A stretch of 64,000 bases of DNA from a virus, in IMG/VR virus record IMGVR_UViG_3300012928_000001, positions 32,001 through 96,000 of that record. One strand, given 5' to 3'. Below the pieces are notes generated by a model that saw only the letters and a program-made list of their open reading frames with translations, searched no databases and was not told the DNA's origin. Below are positions 9,215 to 17,778 of this stretch, in pieces. The position numbers and the translations under genes are program-made. Positions within the stretch are counted from its first letter, which is position 1. The number at the start of each line of letters is the position of its first letter.

Positions 9215-10474
9215 GTGGCAACGCTCACCGATGCTGATTGGTACACGCTCACCGGGGATACGTATGTCCAAAACACGGCGCAGCTTTTTGCCGCTAGTTT
9301 CGAGGACACGATCACTCGTGCGCTCGCAGTCTTTGGCCCACGCACTGGACCGTTTGGCGCCGAGCTGGACAACGCGCAGCTTTACGGGATCTTGCAGACG
9401 CAGGGGATCACGTTCACGTCCGCGCAAGTGATCGACTCGGTCAACGTGCTTTTGCAGCGCGGGATCTTCTACCGCACGCTCGGCCCGAACCGTGCCGAGT
9501 ACATCAAAGCCGAGAATCAGGTGCCGCCTTTTTCCGAGGGTGGTGCTGGCTTTGGCGACGCGGCCACGAGCACGGCCGTCCCGGTGATCCGCCGCGGCCC
9601 TCAGGGGGAGCCCGGGCTGCAAGGCCCCGCCGGCCCCCAGGGGCCGCGAGGAATTCAGGGCACGACCGGCGTCCAGGGTCCCCAGGGAGCCACAGGCCCG
9701 GCCGGTGCCATGGGACCCCCAGGGCCCCAGGGCGACCCAGGGCCCGCGCTCGTGCCCGAGTCGTTCGCGTGGGCGTCGACGCAGCTCATCACCGCGGTCG
9801 CCAACACCTTCTACCTCATCTTCCCGGGGGCGCCCTCGGGCATGTTGACGCTTCGGCTCCCGGTCACGCCCCCGAACGGGACGCGGATCGGCCTGAGTCT
9901 CCCGACGAGCTCGCTCGCGGCGGCGGGGCAGCCCCTGACCTTGCTCGGCGGCGGCGCGACCATCTCGCTCCCGGTGGCCAATGAAGCCATGACTGTCCTC
10001 CTACAGCCAACCGATCCGCTGCTCCGCCCCGGCTTCGGATTGATCTTGACCTACTCGCAGAATGGCAATAGGTGGGTTACGTCTACCTGGTTTCAGGATG
10101 AGATCAATTTGCCGATTGGGCCTGATCGGCGAAACTCGTTTACGTCGACCGGAACTTACATCGATCTCGAAACACTCGGTACGGTTGCCGAAGGCGAAGC
10201 GTTCACATTCGAGGGGTCGGTGTCCGCGAGCTATCAGACCGGAGCGGGCGCGCGCTTCGTGGACATCATCCAAGTTCGTGGCACTGCTCGGCGCAACATG
10301 GGTGCACCCGGAACAACCGTGACAAGCAACATGCTTCCGAGCGGCAACCTACCCGGCGGCGACGCGCGGATCTTCGTGGTCGCCGGACAGAACGACGTGC
10401 GTCTACAGGTTCGCACGACCACCGCGGGCCAGACGTTGATCGTCGCGTGGAATGGAATTTGGCGATCGCTGTGA
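9215..10474 (+). CDS. collagen-like (Gly-X-Y) fibre protein
   Basis: 17 consecutive G-X-Y triplets at 9596-9748; beta-rich C-terminus. Confidence 0.85.
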   Translation: MATLTDADWYTLTGDTYVQNTAQLFAASFEDTITRALAVFGPRTGPFGAELDNAQLYGILQTQGITFTSAQVIDSVNVLLQRGIFYRTLGPNRAEYIKAENQVPPFSEGGAGFGDAATSTAVPVIRRGPQGEPGLQGPAGPQGPRGIQGTTGVQGPQGATGPAGAMGPPGPQGDPGPALVPESFAWASTQLITAVANTFYLIFPGAPSGMLTLRLPVTPPNGTRIGLSLPTSSLAAAGQPLTLLGGGATISLPVANEAMTVLLQPTDPLLRPGFGLILTYSQNGNRWVTSTWFQDEINLPIGPDRRNSFTSTGTYIDLETLGTVAEGEAFTFEGSVSASYQTGAGARFVDIIQVRGTARRNMGAPGTTVTSNMLPSGNLPGGDARIFVVAGQNDVRLQVRTTTAGQTLIVAWNGIWRSL

Positions 10475-10501
10475 CTCGCATGATCGTTCGGCCTACAGTA
10501 G
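10471..10501 (+). promoter_or_regulatory. conserved phage promoter, copy 7
   Basis: GTGACT-N17-TACAGT; GTG 5 nt downstream. Confidence 0.8.
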
Positions 10502-10504
10502 GCC

Positions 10505-10789
10505 GTGCCACGCAAAAAGACATACGACCCCAGCCGGGGTAAGCAGACCTGCAAGCGCTGCGGCACCGAAGCCCGGCCGCTCCGCCACAACAAAACGTGC
10601 GCGCTTTGTGGGGTCACGTGTTGCATGAATCAGCCCGGCACCGTCTCCGGCTTGGTCTGCGAAAAGCCGACCCGGCAGTCTCGCCGTAGCCGCCGGATAA
10701 ACCCGGAGGGCGTGTGGGTGACCAAGGTTTTTTGCTCACAAAAATGCGTCGACAACTTCGCCGTTGTGCAGACGATCAGAGGTCTTTGA
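10505..10789 (+). CDS. Cys-rich Zn-finger-like protein
   Basis: Several CxxC pairs, FCSQKC. Confidence 0.6.
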   Translation: MPRKKTYDPSRGKQTCKRCGTEARPLRHNKTCALCGVTCCMNQPGTVSGLVCEKPTRQSRRSRRINPEGVWVTKVFCSQKCVDNFAVVQTIRGL

Positions 10790-10790
10790 C

Positions 10791-11162
10791 ATGAACGAAA
10801 ACGAGCTACTTCAATCCGTATTCAGCAAATGCCCCGTGTGCGAGGGCCCGGTCGACATCACCACGGCGGAGACCGTGAGCGTGCCGCGAACAGACGGGGG
10901 CGACTTCACCGAAGTCGTGGTGGTCTGCTCGGAGAGCTGCGCCGCCGCGGCCGAGACCATCGCAGCGATCGAGGCCGACGACGGCCGCCACCGCGAGCAC
11001 GAGGAAGAGCCCGAGGCCGACGTGAAGCCCGGAGCCAAGTTCCACGCGTACACGCTCGACGAGTTCAAGCGGCCCGAGCCTGACGAGGCCGACGACATCT
11101 CGCGCAAGTCGATGGCCGAGCTCATGGCCGGCGAGCTCCAAGAGCGCAGCGACGCATACTGA
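10791..11162 (+). CDS. Zn-finger (CPVC...CSESC) acidic protein
   Basis: TRASH-like Cys pattern. Confidence 0.6.
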   Translation: MNENELLQSVFSKCPVCEGPVDITTAETVSVPRTDGGDFTEVVVVCSESCAAAAETIAAIEADDGRHREHEEEPEADVKPGAKFHAYTLDEFKRPEPDEADDISRKSMAELMAGELQERSDAY

Positions 11163-11188
11163 CTCGGGTGTGGTAGGCTGGGCGCTCC

Positions 11189-11755
11189 ATGACCGCGCCT
11201 AACCTCGAACACATCGTGACGCCGTTGCGCCAGTTCGCCGTCCCGATTTCCGACCTGACCCCGGACCCGAAAAACGTCCGAATCCACAGCAAGCGCAACC
11301 GCGATGCGCTGCGCGTCAGCTTGACGAAATACGGGTTCATTGAGCCGATCATCGTCCAGCGGCAGGGCATGATCATCCGCGCGGGGAACTGTCGCACGAA
11401 GCTCGCGGGAGAGCTCGGATGGACCCACGTCCCCGCGCTCATCGTCGACCACAACGACGTCGAGGCGACGGCCTTCGCCATCACGCACAATCGCACAGGC
11501 GAGCTCGGCGAGTGGGATGAGAAGGCCCTCGCGCAACAGCTCGCGGAGCTGCAAGCGAGCTCGATCGAGCTGTTCACGACGACGGGTTTTGACGCGGCCG
11601 AGGTCGATAGGCTGCTCGGGACCCCGCTCGTGATTCCTGACGACCCCGTCGAAGAGCTGACCCCGCCGGACAGCTTCCCGGAGATCGACGGGACCGAGCC
11701 CACCGATCACCGCTGCCCCTCGTGCGGCTACGAATGGAACGGGAAGTCGAAGTGA
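11189..11755 (+). CDS. ParB/Sulfiredoxin N-terminal domain protein with C-terminal Zn ribbon
   Basis: PDPKNVRIH, YGFIEPII, IRAGNCR, NRTGELGEWD, CPSCGYEW. Confidence 0.88.
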   Translation: MTAPNLEHIVTPLRQFAVPISDLTPDPKNVRIHSKRNRDALRVSLTKYGFIEPIIVQRQGMIIRAGNCRTKLAGELGWTHVPALIVDHNDVEATAFAITHNRTGELGEWDEKALAQQLAELQASSIELFTTTGFDAAEVDRLLGTPLVIPDDPVEELTPPDSFPEIDGTEPTDHRCPSCGYEWNGKSK

Positions 11756-12006
11756 TCGAGCAGCTCCGCCGTCGGCTCGACTATACCGACCGCCTACTGG
11801 TCCGGCTGCTCTCGCAGCGGTCGGGTCTCGTGGCCAAGGTCCAGCGCGCCCGCGCAGCCGGGGGCGGGCCCTCGCGGGACCCTGAGCGTGAGGAGGTCGT
11901 GCGAGCCCGCGCCGAGCAGCTCGCCCGCGAGCTCGGGGGCTACCCGCCCGATGTTGTGCTCACGATCTTCGAGATTCTGTTCGCCAACGCGGAGCGGGCC
12001 CAATGA
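11752..12006 (+). CDS. chorismate mutase (AroQ / CM_2 type)
   Basis: IEQLRRRLDYTDRLLVRLLSQR...RDPEREEVV...Q pattern; GTGA and ATGA overlaps with both neighbours. Confidence 0.85.
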   Translation: MIEQLRRRLDYTDRLLVRLLSQRSGLVAKVQRARAAGGGPSRDPEREEVVRARAEQLARELGGYPPDVVLTIFEILFANAERAQ

Positions 12007-13091
12007 AGCCGCCGTACTACGTGCCGACCATGGCTGTGGTCGAGGCCGCGCGGGGGACCAATGGCTACACCGCGGTCTCGACGTTCTCGGGCGCGGGCGG
12101 CAGCTGTCTCGGGCACACCCTCGCCGGCTTCGCTGTGCTGTGGGCGAATGAGTTCATTCCCGCTGCGCAAGATACCTACATGCGGAATCATCCTACCTCG
12201 CATCTCGATACCCGAGACGTGCGAGAGGTGCAGGGCGCCGACATCCTGAACGCGGTCGGAAAAGACATCGGGGAGATCGATCTTTTCGATGGCAGCCCGC
12301 CGTGCTCCGCGTTCTCGAATGCGGGGAGTCGGGGCCAGCAGTGGGGAAAGATCAAAGGCTACAGCGACACCAAACAGCGGGTTGATGATCTGCTCTTCGA
12401 GTTCGCGCGTCTCGTCGCGTTCACGCGCCCGCGGGTGTTCGTCGCTGAGAACGTTGGGGGGTTGCTCCGCGGTAAGGGGTTGGGACGGTTTCGGGAGCTC
12501 GTCAAGCGTCTGCCGGGGTACACGATCCGCGCTCAGACCATGGACGCGGTTTGGATGGGCGTCCCCCAACGCCGCGAGCGGGCGATCATCATCGGTGTTC
12601 GCAGTGATCTAGGAGTGCCGCCAGCATTCCCGAAGCCGCTGAAATACTACTACACGGCCGGAGACGCGCTCCCGTGGCTACGCGCTCCCGCGGGCACCCG
12701 CGTTGCGCGTCTGGGCGAGATCACCGATCGCGTCCCTCTAGCCAAGAGCCGGCGCGAGGGCAAAAAGTACAACACCTACGAAGTGCTCCCACATAGGCCC
12801 TGTCCCACCGTCACCGTGGCGAGCGATGGCAATGACCTGTTTATCATCGGTCCGACTGAGCAGGAAGCCAATGCTGGCATCATCGCGCCCGCGGACCCGC
12901 GGAAGATCAATATCTCCGAGCTCCGCCGCCTGTGTGGCTTTCCTCCAGACTTCCAGCCTACTGGGTCGTTCTCGAAGCAATATGAGCGACTCGGCCGCGC
13001 TGTTCCGCCACCCATGATGTGCGCCGTAGCCTCGACGATCCGCGATGCTGTGCTACGAAAAGCAGACCATGGGCAGCAACAGCAGCATTGA
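12003..13091 (+). CDS. DNA cytosine-C5 methyltransferase family; putative carboxymethyltransferase
   Basis: Motif I FSGAGG, IV GSPPC, VI ENV, VIII QRRER, X LGRAVPP (R in place of the usual N). Confidence 0.92.
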   Translation: MKPPYYVPTMAVVEAARGTNGYTAVSTFSGAGGSCLGHTLAGFAVLWANEFIPAAQDTYMRNHPTSHLDTRDVREVQGADILNAVGKDIGEIDLFDGSPPCSAFSNAGSRGQQWGKIKGYSDTKQRVDDLLFEFARLVAFTRPRVFVAENVGGLLRGKGLGRFRELVKRLPGYTIRAQTMDAVWMGVPQRRERAIIIGVRSDLGVPPAFPKPLKYYYTAGDALPWLRAPAGTRVARLGEITDRVPLAKSRREGKKYNTYEVLPHRPCPTVTVASDGNDLFIIGPTEQEANAGIIAPADPRKINISELRRLCGFPPDFQPTGSFSKQYERLGRAVPPPMMCAVASTIRDAVLRKADHGQQQQH

Positions 13092-13782
13092 TCACACCCC
13101 CGAGGACCGCTGGGTCTTTGACGAGTCCGTCGCGGATTGCTTCGAGGACATGTTGTCCCGATCCATCCCACAACACGACGAGATGCGCCGACTCGTCGGC
13201 AACGTCGGCGGGGTCGGGGTGGCCGACGGGACCCTTGTCGTTGACTTGGGATGTAGCCTCGGTCAGGCGATTGTCGACGTGCGCCGAGTAGCTCTCTCGC
13301 GTGGCATCAATGCGGTGTATCATGGGCTGGAGACGAGCGCTCCGATGCTTGATCGTGCCAAAGCGCGATTCGACTCTGTCGATGTCTTTGTAACGAACGA
13401 AGATGTGCGGACATGGAACGGCGACAACTGTAGCGTGGTGCTGGCAGTGCTTACGCTACAGTTCATCCCGATCAACTACCGACAGCAAATCATCCGCAAC
13501 GTATTCGAGTCCCTGAACCCCGGTGGGCGCTTCGTGCTCGTCGAGAAAGTGCTGGGCGAAGGGGCGCAGGTCGATGATCTCATGGTCGCGCACTATCACC
13601 ACAACAAACTCCAACAGGGCTATTCGAGGCAAGCTGTACGAGCGAAAGCGGAGTCCCTCGAAGGTGTGTTGGTCCCGGTGACTGCTGGCATGAACGAATC
13701 GATGCTTCGCCGTGCGGGCTTCCGTGAGGTAGACTGCTTTTGGCGATGGATGAATTTCGCGGCATGGGTGGCGATCAAGTAG
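13069..13782 (+). CDS. cmoA: CmoA-like carboxy-S-adenosylmethionine synthase
   Basis: WVFDESVADCFEDMLSRSIP, DLGCSLG, TLQF, LNPGGRFVLVEK, GYS..K..LEGV, AGF...W.NF, collinear with E. coli CmoA as recalled. Confidence 0.85.
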   Translation: MGSNSSIDHTPEDRWVFDESVADCFEDMLSRSIPQHDEMRRLVGNVGGVGVADGTLVVDLGCSLGQAIVDVRRVALSRGINAVYHGLETSAPMLDRAKARFDSVDVFVTNEDVRTWNGDNCSVVLAVLTLQFIPINYRQQIIRNVFESLNPGGRFVLVEKVLGEGAQVDDLMVAHYHHNKLQQGYSRQAVRAKAESLEGVLVPVTAGMNESMLRRAGFREVDCFWRWMNFAAWVAIK

Positions 13783-13976
13783 CCTGCGAACACCCGAGCC
13801 CCACAGAGCTCGTGCCCGGCGTGAAGTTGTGTCGGGGCTGTGGGGCTCTCCATGTGAACGGTCGATGGGGGCGCGTCCCGTTGCCCCCAAAGCCGTGCTG
13901 TGAGGAGTGCGAGCAGAACCGTCGACGGCTCGCCGATACTTGGTACAGAGAGCGTAAGTGTGCAGGTTGCAAATGA
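13764..13976 (+). CDS. small Cys-rich protein
   Basis: CRGC, CCEEC, CAGC; overlaps both neighbours. Confidence 0.4.
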   Translation: MGGDQVACEHPSPTELVPGVKLCRGCGALHVNGRWGRVPLPPKPCCEECEQNRRRLADTWYRERKCAGCK

Positions 13977-14295
13977 GATCCGGCGCGCGTTTCTCCGCGC
14001 CCAAATGCGCGTTGATCTGGAGCGCAACCTAGACGCGCTAGCAGATGCGCATGGGGTGAGCGTCGAGTACGTCGCGGGTATGATCAAACACGTGATCGAG
14101 ACCTGCGCGGGGGACCACGTTGACATGCTCTTCGCCGTAGACAGTCGGCTCCAGCGGGGCGTGCATGTCGAGCCCGTCGCGCCCCTGACCGAGACCGTCA
14201 ACAAAGTACAGGCGGCGCTGTCGTCAGGCCTGAAAGACGTGGTATCGTCTGGCCCGAATGCGCTACAGCGTGAAAGTCTTCGCCGTCCGGTGTGA
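13900..14295 (+). CDS. hypothetical protein (true start probably downstream)
   Basis: ORF track; helical C-terminal region. Confidence 0.55.
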   Translation: MRSASRTVDGSPILGTESVSVQVANEIRRAFLRAQMRVDLERNLDALADAHGVSVEYVAGMIKHVIETCAGDHVDMLFAVDSRLQRGVHVEPVAPLTETVNKVQAALSSGLKDVVSSGPNALQRESLRRPV

Positions 14296-14494
14296 CGAGA
14301 AGGGCCGGCGCCTGCCCACCCCCGAGGGCAAAAAGCCCTACGTCGCCCAGGACCGGGTTCACGTCGAGGCCCAGGGACACGATGCCGCCAAGGCAGCTGC
14401 GCGCGCCGAGCTGTCCAAGGGCCGTGGCCGGGTCATCTCGATCAACTTCGAAAGCGATACCGCGCTCGTGGCGTACGTGGAGAGCAGCAAATGA
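14258..14494 (+). CDS. hypothetical protein
   Basis: GC3-rich ORF, ATGA overlap with next. Confidence 0.65.
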   Translation: MRYSVKVFAVRCDEKGRRLPTPEGKKPYVAQDRVHVEAQGHDAAKAAARAELSKGRGRVISINFESDTALVAYVESSK

Positions 14495-14856
14495 GTCGCC
14501 GTGCAATCATTGGTAACGAGGCCGATCTAACGCGGCATCTCCCGACCGACCCCAACGACCCCGACACGCTCGTCACGGGCAATTCGGAGACCTACGATGT
14601 GTCGCGGTTTCAGATGCAGACGGCGGCGGTACACTTCGGTTTTGACGCGGGCTCTTCTGGCGACTACACGCTACAGGGAGCCGTTGGTAGTTCGAGTCCT
14701 TGGGTGGATATTCAATCGAACATCACAAGCGATACGCTGATCAACTTCTCGGAGCCGCCGAATAATCATTACTGGGCTCGGTTGCGTGTTGTTGTGAATA
14801 CTGTAGGCGCCGAAGATGATACAATCACCCTCGGCGCGCACGAGTACGTTTGGTAG
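14491..14856 (+). CDS. hypothetical beta-sandwich virion-like protein
   Basis: YTLQG...PWVDI...RLRVVV pattern. Confidence 0.6.
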   Translation: MSRRAIIGNEADLTRHLPTDPNDPDTLVTGNSETYDVSRFQMQTAAVHFGFDAGSSGDYTLQGAVGSSSPWVDIQSNITSDTLINFSEPPNNHYWARLRVVVNTVGAEDDTITLGAHEYVW

Positions 14857-14876
14857 TCGCAAAAAGGAAATAAAAG

Positions 14877-15791
14877 ATGCCCGGCCGCAATCCAGTTTTT
14901 CCTGCCCCGCGAGATATTCGTCGTCAAACGTACTATCCCGGCGTTTCGCTATCGCTTGCCGAGATGGTCGCGCTCGGCCATATCGCGGGCGCAAAAATTG
15001 TGCACTTTACCGGACGCCGAGAAGATGTAGACGGTGAGGCCGAAGCATGGTCGGCACTCCTACCGACTACGCGTGCCCCATACCGGCCCGATATTTCTGG
15101 CGGACCTATTGGGTGGACTCCCGAGCCTTTGACGGCGCAGAGTACTTCGTCAGATGACGGGGGCGCCGGATCGGGTGCGCAGGTACTACTAGTTGAATAC
15201 CTGAACGCGGATGGGTTTGAACGCATTGGTCTCGCACTGCTCGCGGGAACGGGGACAGTACCGGTTCTCGAAGCAACGTCACAAGGTGTTGGTAATGCAA
15301 ACACCATTGTCCCGTTGATGCCTCCAACGCCTGCTACGGGAGTACGCGTAAACCGCGTAACAGTAGTTGCCGGTGGTGTGCCAGCAGGGAACTGCACCGT
15401 CGAACTTGGTGGTCAAGCTGCACAGCGGCTGCTTCCGGGTCAAGCGCTGTCATCGACAAGTCGCTTTACTGTGCCACGTGGATTTATTGGGTTGATTCAC
15501 GGTCTCGGCTATGGTGTTGATCGTGAACAGCGGGGGCTCGTGCGTGTTTATGCACAGCCGCTCGGGCGGCTGGACTATGAGTTCACCGCCTACGAGGCCA
15601 GTAACGGTGCCCTTGCGGTACCGCTTGCAGAGCCAATTCGGCTAGCACCGCTGGGTGAGTTGGGACTAACTTTTGAAAAGGACTCGGGTGGTGGAAACAT
15701 CGATGTATCCAGCATTCTGCAACCGATCTTCCTCCCGGATCCCAACGACCCTGATCCAGCGCCAGAACGACAAGCGCCGCCGTTGGGCTGA
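14877..15791 (+). CDS. hypothetical virion-associated protein
   Basis: 304-aa ORF with SD (AAGGA); lower GC3 than neighbours. Confidence 0.65.
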   Translation: MPGRNPVFPAPRDIRRQTYYPGVSLSLAEMVALGHIAGAKIVHFTGRREDVDGEAEAWSALLPTTRAPYRPDISGGPIGWTPEPLTAQSTSSDDGGAGSGAQVLLVEYLNADGFERIGLALLAGTGTVPVLEATSQGVGNANTIVPLMPPTPATGVRVNRVTVVAGGVPAGNCTVELGGQAAQRLLPGQALSSTSRFTVPRGFIGLIHGLGYGVDREQRGLVRVYAQPLGRLDYEFTAYEASNGALAVPLAEPIRLAPLGELGLTFEKDSGGGNIDVSSILQPIFLPDPNDPDPAPERQAPPLG

Positions 15792-15798
15792 GTAGAAC

Positions 15799-17778
15799 AT
15801 GAGTGCTCTAGACGCTTTTTTTGCTACTGAGTTGCCGCCTCAACGCTCCTCGGTAGAAAAAGTCGACACAGCAAATGACGCCGTAAGTAAGGGGTCTGTG
15901 CGTACGTCATACACGGGACGAGACGGTACAGAGCGAAGCAACGTACTACAGACAGACGCAGGGACGCGACGGTTGTTCGCACGGCATGGTGCCATTGAGC
16001 CGCCTTTGGACCCTATTATGCTTGCGCATTTGCACGAGATGAGTGGGGCGCTGCGCTCAAACATCGATGCATATGTCACTAACATTGACGGTTTCAGCCA
16101 CACGTTTGAGCCGTCACTAGATCTTGACGATGACGAGACCCGCGAGCGCATCGCCCAGGCCATGCTCGAAGAGCGGATCCTCGGGGTGGTCCAAGAGGCG
16201 AGTGTCGAGGAGCAGGCCAAGCGCCTGCTGAAAGAGTTCGCCGCCGCGAATGATGGGGAGGATGGAGAGCCGACCGGGGCCGACGATCAAGCCCCCCTCG
16301 ACGTCACGCCACCGACCGATGCCGAGGTCGAGGCACGGATCGACGCCATCCGCCGGGAGATGATCCGCGAGCGCATGCGGCTCGAACGGTTTTTTGAGTT
16401 CTGCTGCGTCACGGAGAGTTTCATGTCTCTTCGCATGCGCACGCGGCAGGACATCGAGCTGATCGGGAATGGCTATTGGGAGGTGCTGCGCAACTCCAAC
16501 GGCGACATCGTGCAGTTCACGTATGTGCCAGCATTCACGGTGCGACTACTCCCGGCCGACAAGGACCCGATCGAGGTCGAGATGCCGGTGAAGCTCACCG
16601 CCATCACGGAGAACACCGAGACCGTCGTTCGCCGCTTCCGCCGATTCTTGCAGATCAGCGAGACCCGCGAGCGCACGGTGATCTACTTCAAGGAGTTCGG
16701 CGACCCACGCGTGGTGAGCTCGAAGACCGGCGAGGTCTACGAAACCCCCGAACTACTGGCAAAGGCGGAGGGCGACACTCGCCCCGCTACCGAGATGATC
16801 CACTTCAAAGTTCACAACTCCCGGACGCCCTACGGCGTGCCCCGGTGGGCGAGTGAGCTGCTCGGAGTGCTCGGCAACCGCAACGCCGACGAGGTCAACC
16901 TCGCGTACTTCGAGAACCGTGCGATCCCGCCGATGATCCTCACCGTCTCGGGTGGTCGTCTCGCGGGTGACTCCGCGACGGTCTTTGAGAACTACTTCAA
17001 ATCCCAGATCCGCGGCAAGCGGCACCATCACAGTGTGGCGATTGTCGAGGCCGAGCCCCCGGGACTCGCGGGCGGCATGACGAACGGCACCGTCAAGCTC
17101 GACGTGATCAAGCTGCGCGATGTCCAGCAGGATGACGCGATGTTCATGGGCTACCGCGAGGCCAACGTCGACGCGATCGGCTCCGTGTTCCGCATGCCCC
17201 GGCTGCTCCGCGGCGACGTGCGAGACTTCAACCGCGCGACCGCCCAGACCGCCCTCGACTTCGCCGAAATGCAGGTGTTCGCACCGCTCCGCGCTGAGTT
17301 CGATTTCACGATCAACCGGCAGATCCTCGCCGACTTTGGCGTGCGGTTTTGGAAGTTCAAGAGCGGCACGCCGGACTTCTCCGACCCCGCCGAAGTGCTG
17401 CAAAATCTCCAGCTCGCGGAGAAGTACCTCGTGCCCAACGAACAGCGCGAGGCGGCCGCGGGAGCCCTCGGCCGCGAGCTCGAAAAGCTCGACGCGGCCT
17501 GGGCCCGGGAGCGTCCTCTCGCCGTCACGCTCGCCGCCATCGAGCGCAAGACGAACCTGGTCGACGTCGACGGCGAGGCCCTGCCCGAGCAGGAGCCCCC
17601 GCCCCCACCCGAGGCCAAGCCGCTCGCGGGCGGGCCCCCAGGAGTCGACGAGGGCGAGGAAGAGCAGGCCAAGGCTATCCGCAAGAGCGTCGACGAGCGC
17701 GTGCGCGACCTGATCGAGCTGCGCGACGCCGCCGATCGGCTCGGGTTCCTGTCGACCAAGGACATGCTCGATGTGTGA
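15799..17778 (+). CDS. portal protein (PBSX-like)
   Basis: IGNGYWEVLRN, EMIHFK, PYGVP, YFENRAIP, FRMP; position before head genes. Confidence 0.9.
   Translation: MSALDAFFATELPPQRSSVEKVDTANDAVSKGSVRTSYTGRDGTERSNVLQTDAGTRRLFARHGAIEPPLDPIMLAHLHEMSGALRSNIDAYVTNIDGFSHTFEPSLDLDDDETRERIAQAMLEERILGVVQEASVEEQAKRLLKEFAAANDGEDGEPTGADDQAPLDVTPPTDAEVEARIDAIRREMIRERMRLERFFEFCCVTESFMSLRMRTRQDIELIGNGYWEVLRNSNGDIVQFTYVPAFTVRLLPADKDPIEVEMPVKLTAITENTETVVRRFRRFLQISETRERTVIYFKEFGDPRVVSSKTGEVYETPELLAKAEGDTRPATEMIHFKVHNSRTPYGVPRWASELLGVLGNRNADEVNLAYFENRAIPPMILTVSGGRLAGDSATVFENYFKSQIRGKRHHHSVAIVEAEPPGLAGGMTNGTVKLDVIKLRDVQQDDAMFMGYREANVDAIGSVFRMPRLLRGDVRDFNRATAQTALDFAEMQVFAPLRAEFDFTINRQILADFGVRFWKFKSGTPDFSDPAEVLQNLQLAEKYLVPNEQREAAAGALGRELEKLDAAWARERPLAVTLAAIERKTNLVDVDGEALPEQEPPPPPEAKPLAGGPPGVDEGEEEQAKAIRKSVDERVRDLIELRDAADRLGFLSTKDMLDV

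Noticed and set aside
679-10501. Repeated ~31-bp motif read as CRISPR repeats or attC-like cassette sites
   Set aside because: Copies are degenerate, non-palindromic and irregularly spaced. Conserved blocks have -35/-10 geometry. No cas or integrase gene is present.
11752-12006. Chorismate mutase as an amino-acid-biosynthesis auxiliary gene
   Set aside because: No other aromatic pathway genes are present; coupling to the MTase and CmoA gives a simpler explanation.
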